This document shows positions 57,201 through 64,000 of a stretch of 64,000 nucleotides of DNA, piece after piece (the first letter of the stretch is position 1; each line of letters starts with the position of its first letter). The DNA comes from Lama guanicoe. Taxonomy: Eukaryota. The translations under genes were made by a program, and so were the position numbers. The stretch lies in NCBI GenBank assembly GCA_013239625.1, contig MU056000.1, positions 15,342,851 to 15,406,850 on the forward strand. Reading direction: 5' to 3'. The notes beneath the pieces were generated by a model. It searched no databases and was not told where the DNA came from. It saw nothing but the letters and a program-made list of their open reading frames with translations.

Positions 57201-58391
57201 TCTAGTTTCTCTTATAACGGCCCTATTTTAGTTGCACTTCTCTAATTAAAGTGACTTATATCATCCACTACTATTCTCAAAAGTGCTGCAGTTTTCATGA
57301 TTGCATATGTGGTATCCCTACTTATTCGCCCCTTCACAATTGGGACCCTGTTCGTTCCCAGCCGTGCTCATACTACATTATCAGATGCTGCAAATCTTAT
57401 TGAATTTCCTTCTGTGACTCTGACTTTCTTCCCCCAAGTATTTGAAGAAAACTAAGTTTTCTCAAAACACTCTTTGATTTCTACAGTCATCATCATCATT
57501 GCATTATCTGTCCATTCACAGTTGGTTCATTTGTTCTGTAAGTATAAAATTTAGTAAAAAAAAAATTAGCTTTTTACTACCCAATGTTATGAACTCAGGT
57601 GTTTTGATTCCCTACTTTATGTATGACTTAGAAGAGATAAAATATCCCAAGTCACAGGACAATTAAAGTCAGAACCGACCAGTACTTAACCTTAATATTT
57701 CGAATCCAGTGTCCTTTATATTGTGGTAATATTAGTATCAGTGGTAGTGCTAATGTGATAGAAGAAGCAGTGTGGTAGAATCTAAGTGTAGATATAATGG
57801 CAGAGGGGGTGGATAAAATTTTCTTGAAGGTAATGAGTTTTAGGCATTATGTTAGAGAATTCTTATACATTATTTTATTTAACATAAGTACTATGAGGTT
57901 AATTTATTTTAACCATAAGGTTAAAATTATTTAGTATAATTTAACATATTGAGAATCTGCCACCTAGGTAGTAATGCAGTGGGAATGAAAACCTATGCCA
58001 ATCTCACTACAGTGCCTGTGCCGTACCACGTGTTGTTATTCAAACGAAATGGTTACTAGGAAGGTACCAATTTGTGTGTACAAGTAGTGCGTGTGGAACA
58101 AATGGTGTATTTAAAACACGGAAAGTATTCAGTTTCTCAAACAGCCTCTTGTTTGCTTGACTCATTAAGGGGATGTCCACATTATAAACGGAAGCAATTT
58201 GCCTCATTAGATACAGTCTAGATAGGTTAAATATTTAGTTTACAGCTAGCCATGAAATTTTGCATTTCTCATGTATGGATTTGTATATTTGATGAACTTG
58301 AGTGCTGTTAGGAAGAGCATTGGTTTCCTACCTTTGTGTCCTTTTACAAAGCTGCATGATAAGCGGTAAATTTGTATGTGGTTAAACTTAC

Positions 58392-58509
58392 TTCTGAAGT
58401 CACGAACTGTAAAATTTGGTTTGATGGCAGCTTCAGGTGATAATTTAAAGGAGAACTGCTGCCCGGCGGGTGAAAGGTCGCGGTCTGCAGCGCTGACTGT
58501 CTGAATTAT
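58392..58509 (-). CDS. CDH12: Cadherin-12 exon, 118 nt (EC5)
   Basis: Acceptor ttgtttcag|ATA ATT CAG and donor AGA A|gtaagt. Translation [39 protein letters not shown]. Phase 0 to phase 1. Confidence 0.95.
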
Positions 58510-61271
58510 CTGAAACAAAGTTGAGATGCAACTTGCAATCAGTCATCAACTTCAAAGGGAACTCTACGTAGTAAGTTTGTTTAATGAAACATTTTTAGAA
58601 TTCATATCAGTAGGCCAATTATTTACAAATACATTTTATAAACAAATAGTTAAAAATTTACAGTTAATAATGGCAGGTACAGTTACAGGGTATGGGCTAA
58701 TTCCAAGTCGATATCTACATAGCTAAAAAGCTTAACAACACTGAAATTTTTCACTAATAAGCAAAATAAAATTAAAATGTACTTGCTTGCATTTTAAATT
58801 AGGTGAAATAAATGCTTCCTAACATAAATAAGAAAGTGCTTACCAGAAACAAAATCTCTGATTATTTAAAAGTCCTTGCAAAGCAAAATTTTAGTATAGT
58901 TTTGTTTGTGAGATTGAGTTTATTTTCATAAATAAGTAAAATGATGAGAAAGAGAGATACAGAGGACGTAAATCTGTTTCTGTAGTTATGTCTCTTTTCC
59001 CCAATGGGTAAGAATACAAATTGTGTTTTTATAGAGGTGTTTTTTTTTTAAGAAGTAAGCAAGACCAAGCTTGCTTCAAATTTTTCCTAAATTGCTCCCA
59101 TAAGTTGTGTATCTAAGTAGTTAAAATTCTGATACTTCAATGAGATGTCCTTGAGAATCTAGAGATTAACTTCTGAAAGCCAAACCATAAAAGTGATTAT
59201 TCACTGTATAGATAAGCAAAGCAAAATGGCTTTGAGGTGTTTATTTATTAACATATTCAATGGCTTTGCATCAGGAAGAATTTCAGGACTTGTGAGTAGA
59301 AGGGGAGGAGGGGAATGTGCTGTTCAGGTGATCACAGTCTTAGACTAAATTCGAATTTGCCAGAGGAAGAGCTTAGATATATCCTGGTCCCTGTGGGCAA
59401 AGCTTGCACCATGTGATCTGAGACTGATGTCATTAAACATGTGAGTTATTTGCTACTTTTCTTTTGATTCAACAGCAAAACTCAATCTAATGACTATAAT
59501 CTACCTCCCCATGTAGCTGTTTGGTCTCCTAGGCACACACAGGAACACACACGAACACACGCGAACACAAAGATGTATATCCTGGGGCTTCAAGTGTTTC
59601 GTACAGTACTAGTAATTTGTAATTTGACAACTGATCATAAAATTAAAATTGTGGTCCCCTATTTTAGTATGAGTCAGTCACACAGGATCTCTTTTAGCAT
59701 TGTCATGAATTCACCACTGAAGGCCAAATCATGGAATGTGTCGATGTAGTCAAATAATTACCATACAGATCATGTAAAACTTCAACTTTCCTTCACATAA
59801 AAGCATGTGCTCAGATCACTATATCTCATTCATAAAATTTCTTTAAATTACTTGGGAGTTAATTTGTCAATTTTGTTTTGTCTTGCCTTTGCTATCAACT
59901 ATCACAAATATTTACTAAATTAAAGATATTTAACATCAAAACTTATCAAGAACATAACTTTAGAATGTAGAAACACCCTTCAAAAGAGCATACAGTATAT
60001 GAAAAGTATAAACTGGCACCTATCTGGAACTGGCCCTTGGGAGTTATTGCCTTAAGGAAAACAACGCCCATACGTTATTGATTCACTACAAATATCACCA
60101 TTGGTTTGTACAGCATCGTCTTTCTTTTACTTCTTTTGATTAATAGATAGATAGATAAGGCATACGTCCGTCCATCCATGAATGCATATTCAATTACAGT
60201 GAAGGACAGATAGATAGTTTCTATGTAGAGTTCCAAGACTTAAGGGAGGATGGCTGAGGTCAAAAGCAGAAAATTCTTATACACTACCTTTCAGACATTT
60301 CAGGATTATGTTTTCTATGTAAATGTGGCCCAACAGAAAAAAGAACGTCCAAGAGAGAATTATTAGAAACAAGAGCTTCCAATGACCCCAAAGATTCCTT
60401 ATCCCTTTGTCTAGATATAAGAAAATCAAGTTATCTCTAATTCTGCCTACTGTTCCCAACTTTTTAAACTCTTTAATTTACTAGACAAACATATTTCTAT
60501 TTCCAAAAGGCTTTCAGTTAATGCATTACAAGATTCCAATTGCTATGAAATAATTAATATCTCTAATTACTTAAAAATAAATGATTGGCTTTTTGGGGTA
60601 GTAGTGGAGGGCTCTCGAAAGTTGAAAATAGCTAAGTTGTGGAATTTTGGCAAGCTTCTTACAACTTCATAATAATCAAATCAGGTTATTTATTTGTGTA
60701 AATATTTAGGAAGCATTTACTATTTCAGATGATAAAGCAAGCACTGGGTTCATCCAATGTAAATTTGGGGTGCATTTAGAGTGATAAAGCATTAAAACTT
60801 TAAAAAAATGCATTTCAGTGTCTATTCAAAATTAAAGAGGCAAATCTTATAACTACTGAGCACTTGAAATGGGGTGTATGTGAATGAGAACATTTATTTT
60901 TAAGCTTTATCTAATTTTGATTTAATAGTCATAAGGCTCGTGAACCTCACAGGATTCAAATAATGGGACAAATATTCTACAAAGCAGCAGAAAACATTCA
61001 AATTGAAGCAAATACTAAATCTTAAAGACTGACCTTTTTCAATAAAGATACTGTTTCACATATTAAGATATTTTTCAAATAAGAATTAAAACTTCACATT
61101 TTCTAAATGAGTAGTTATGCTATTCAAAAGTAATCAAAATATACATCAAACCAAAACATTCTGATGTATTTTTCCTTTGGAAACTAGGTACACAATATTG
61201 GATTAATCATATTCTTGTTTCATAATACATTCATACCATTTGCTCAAGACCAGTTCCTGTTAGATTACACT

Positions 61272-61305
61272 ATATCATGTCATATCATATCATATCATAT
61301 CATAT
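61272..61305. repeat. (CATAT)n pentanucleotide repeat; second copy at 63331-63365
   Basis: Direct reading. Confidence 0.9.
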
Positions 61306-61920
61306 ATTCATCACTCATTCATAGTATAGGGAAAAGCTGCCTACCTACCATACTCACATAAACTCTAGGATTTTTACAGTAACTTTCATTAACTATGTGG
61401 TCCTCCATCATACCCTCTCTCCACTAGAACCTCCCTCCAGAGCAATACTTAGTAAGAAAATGTAACTCAGATATTTTGAATAACCCTACTTAAGGCCACC
61501 AGAGAAAACTTTACATTTTTCATGGGTTTAACAGCTTTTATGTAACCTTCCATGAAGGCATGTGAGCAAAGCAAGAAATACTATAGAAGAACGTACTGTA
61601 AAGTTGCTTACTTACTGCGTTTATAGGTACAAGTTCTTCTCAAATTTCATAATAAAGGAATGGAAAACAGCAGAATCTTCAATCCTAGAATTTTTAGTTG
61701 TACAAAGACTATTCACCAGGTCATCATAATTTTATCCCCAGCGGTATTACCTCCACATCCATACATAGACCATTAATTCAAAAAAATTGACTATATTTTA
61801 TAGCTTCTTTTATGAAGACATAGGATCCATGTGTGTGTATTAAGGCATGGTCTTGTAACCTAAAACACGCGCATAGAGCAGGTCTTCATACAACCTGAAT
61901 CAAGAGTGTTGATAAGATAC

Positions 61921-62042
61921 CTGTCCTGGTTTGGCATTTTCACACACTGCTGTCTCATATGGCACAGAGATTTCTGGAGGAAATTCATTGACATCTAGGA
62001 CATTAATCAATATGTTGACTCTGCTGGTTAATAATGGATTAC
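61921..62042 (-). CDS. CDH12: Cadherin-12 exon, 122 nt (EC4/EC5 boundary); not in the ORF track
   Basis: Acceptor ttttatcag|GT AAT CCA and donor GGA CAG|gtatct. Hand translation [40 protein letters not shown] includes the cadherin Ca-binding linker LDVNEFPP. Phase 1 to phase 0. Confidence 0.95.
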
Positions 62043-63980
62043 CTGATAAAAACATAAAAAGAGAGCAGCTGATTTAAAAATCCGATCAATAATTGCTTTT
62101 ATAGTAAATAGCATTAACATTTAAAAAAATCAGCATTCATATGGAATCCAAATGACCTTTCCTGAATGGCAAACTCTGAGGAGTTGAGCCAAAAATAAAT
62201 GAAAAAACAATGAATACAGGTGGTATCAATGTTTCTCTGTCAAAGCATCACAGTGCACTGCTCCAGCGTTTGTCCCTGTAAATCACCACTAAAGTTAAGT
62301 TCAACCATTTAGCTGGAATTTCATCACCAGTCTAGCCATCATACTAGGGCTAATTCATAGACCCAATCTTCACCCATCGTGGTATTTTTCACCAGATAAA
62401 ACATTTTATTTCTATGTTGTGTCTATGTTGAGTAGCATCATCTGCATATTGAAATAAAACTCTCAAAATGATTCCTCCTGAAAAAGAATGATAAATAACA
62501 AGGAGAATGAATGAGAGACGGCTTTTCCTAAATGAAAATTAAGGTAAATTTAAGAAAGTAGCTGTAAGAGATAGATCACGTAAAACTAGGAGGCACCCTG
62601 AAATCGCTCGCTGGTGCTGAGAAAGGAAAGAATAAACAACCTTTCCTTCCTACAGTATCAAAAAACAGTAGTTTGAAAAAAGAGTCACTGCCAAAATCCC
62701 ATCACAAGTTTTAGTCCCAGATACATTGTCTTCATCTCTGTCATTTGTTGGAACAAGACCAGAAATAGTTAAACCAATAAGGCATAGCATAATGCATATG
62801 TTTTAACTTATTTATTGTAAAATTTTATCTAATGAAGTTTTCGGTTGGCTAAAGTGTCACAAATTGTTGACAGATCTTGTCCAAAGTTGTATATCTAGAT
62901 GAATGAGGAGTTAATATTCAATCCCAAGACTATGGAAAACCAAATATTGTGTTCATTCCACCAGACCTTTTCTATTGATTGGTGTTGTGGTAAATTCATC
63001 TCTGCAGTGCCACCGAAGATTCATAATGTTAGTATTCTTTTCTACTTCTGTGAGGGTGCTTTTAAAGAATGCATACAAATGTCACCACATGACTGATTCT
63101 GATAAGCCTACAATAGACATTTTAAGATATTTTTTCAAATAAGAATTAAAACTTCACATTTTCTAAATGAGTAGTTATGCTATTCAAAAGTAATCAAAAT
63201 ATACATCAAACCAAAACATTCTGATGTATTTTTCCTTTGGAAACTAGGTACACAATATTGGATTAATCATATTCTTGTTTCATAATACATTCATACCATT
63301 TGCTCAAGACCAGTTCCTATTAGATTATACCATATCATGTCATATCATATCATATCATATCATATATTCATCACTCATTCATAGTATAGGGAAAAGCTGC
63401 CTACCTACCATACTCACATAAACTCTAGGATTTTTACAGTAACTTTCATTAACTATGTGGTCCTCCATCATACCCTCTCTCCACTAGAACCTCCCTCCAG
63501 AGCAATACTTAGTAAGAAAATGTAACTCAGATATTTTGAATAACCCTACTTAAGGCCACCAGAGAAAACTTTACATTTTTCATGGGTTTAACAGCTTTTA
63601 TGTAACCTTCCATGAAGGCATGTGAGCAAAGCAAGAAATACTATAGAAGAACGTACTGTAAAGTTGCTTACTTACTGCGTTTATAGGTACAAGTTCTTCT
63701 CAAATTTCATAATAAAGGAATGGAAAACAGCAGAATCTTCAATCCTAGAATTTTTAGTTGTACAAAGACTATTCACCAGGTCATCATAATTTTATCCCCA
63801 GCGGTATTACCTCCACACCCATACATAGACCATTAATTCAAAAAAATTGACTATATTTTATAGCTTCTTTTATGAAGACATAGGATCCATGTGTGTGTAT
63901 TAAGGCATGGTCTTGTAACCTAAAACACGCGCATAGAGCAGGTCTTCATACAACCTGAATCAAGAGTGTTGATAAGATAC

Positions 63981-64000
63981 CTGTCCTGGTTTGGCATTTT
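63981..64000 (-). other. CDH12: Second copy of the 3' end of the 122-nt CDH12 exon (last 20 nt, donor intact), cut by the window edge
   Basis: 63981-64000 (ctgtcctggtttggcatttt) is identical to 61921-61940, with the same donor context gataagatac|ctg on the + strand. Confidence 0.9.

Larger units (their letters stand above)
61058..64000. repeat. Near-identical direct duplication: 61071-61940 repeated at 63131-64000 (offset 2060)
   Basis: Block-by-block comparison gave 4 substitutions in 870 bp: G61259/A63319, C61268/T63328, T61271/C63331, T61758/C63818. Confidence 0.97.

Noticed and set aside
58246..58391. Open frame continuing past the 118-nt exon (would give a secreted form)
   Set aside because: The donor is a strong GTAAGT and the extension has no recognisable features; most likely chance.

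Overview
AT-rich mammalian genomic DNA, most likely camelid: a Vic-1-like tRNA-derived SINE lies at about 1.2 kb, and the L1 3' ends are of artiodactyl type. The right quarter holds the last four coding exons of the type II cadherin CDH12 on the minus strand. These are 61921-62042, 58392-58509, 54337-54588 and 50938-51437, with GT-AG junctions whose phases join into one open frame ending [11 protein letters not shown]. The 3'UTR follows. Positions 1 to about 49 kb are gene-free sequence filled with old L1, MaLR/MLT1, ERV LTR, MER5/Tigger and MIR/L2 remnants. The most notable signal is a ~99.5%-identical direct duplication with a 2060-bp offset (61071-61940 = 63131-64000, running off the window edge). 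It copies at least the 3' end and donor of the 122-nt CDH12 exon. It is either a recent intragenic exon duplication or a haplotype/assembly artefact. An older, diverged ~250-bp local duplication lies at 24.3/25.7 kb. I found no support for a wholly new biological system. Repeat family names come from visual recognition, not a database search.
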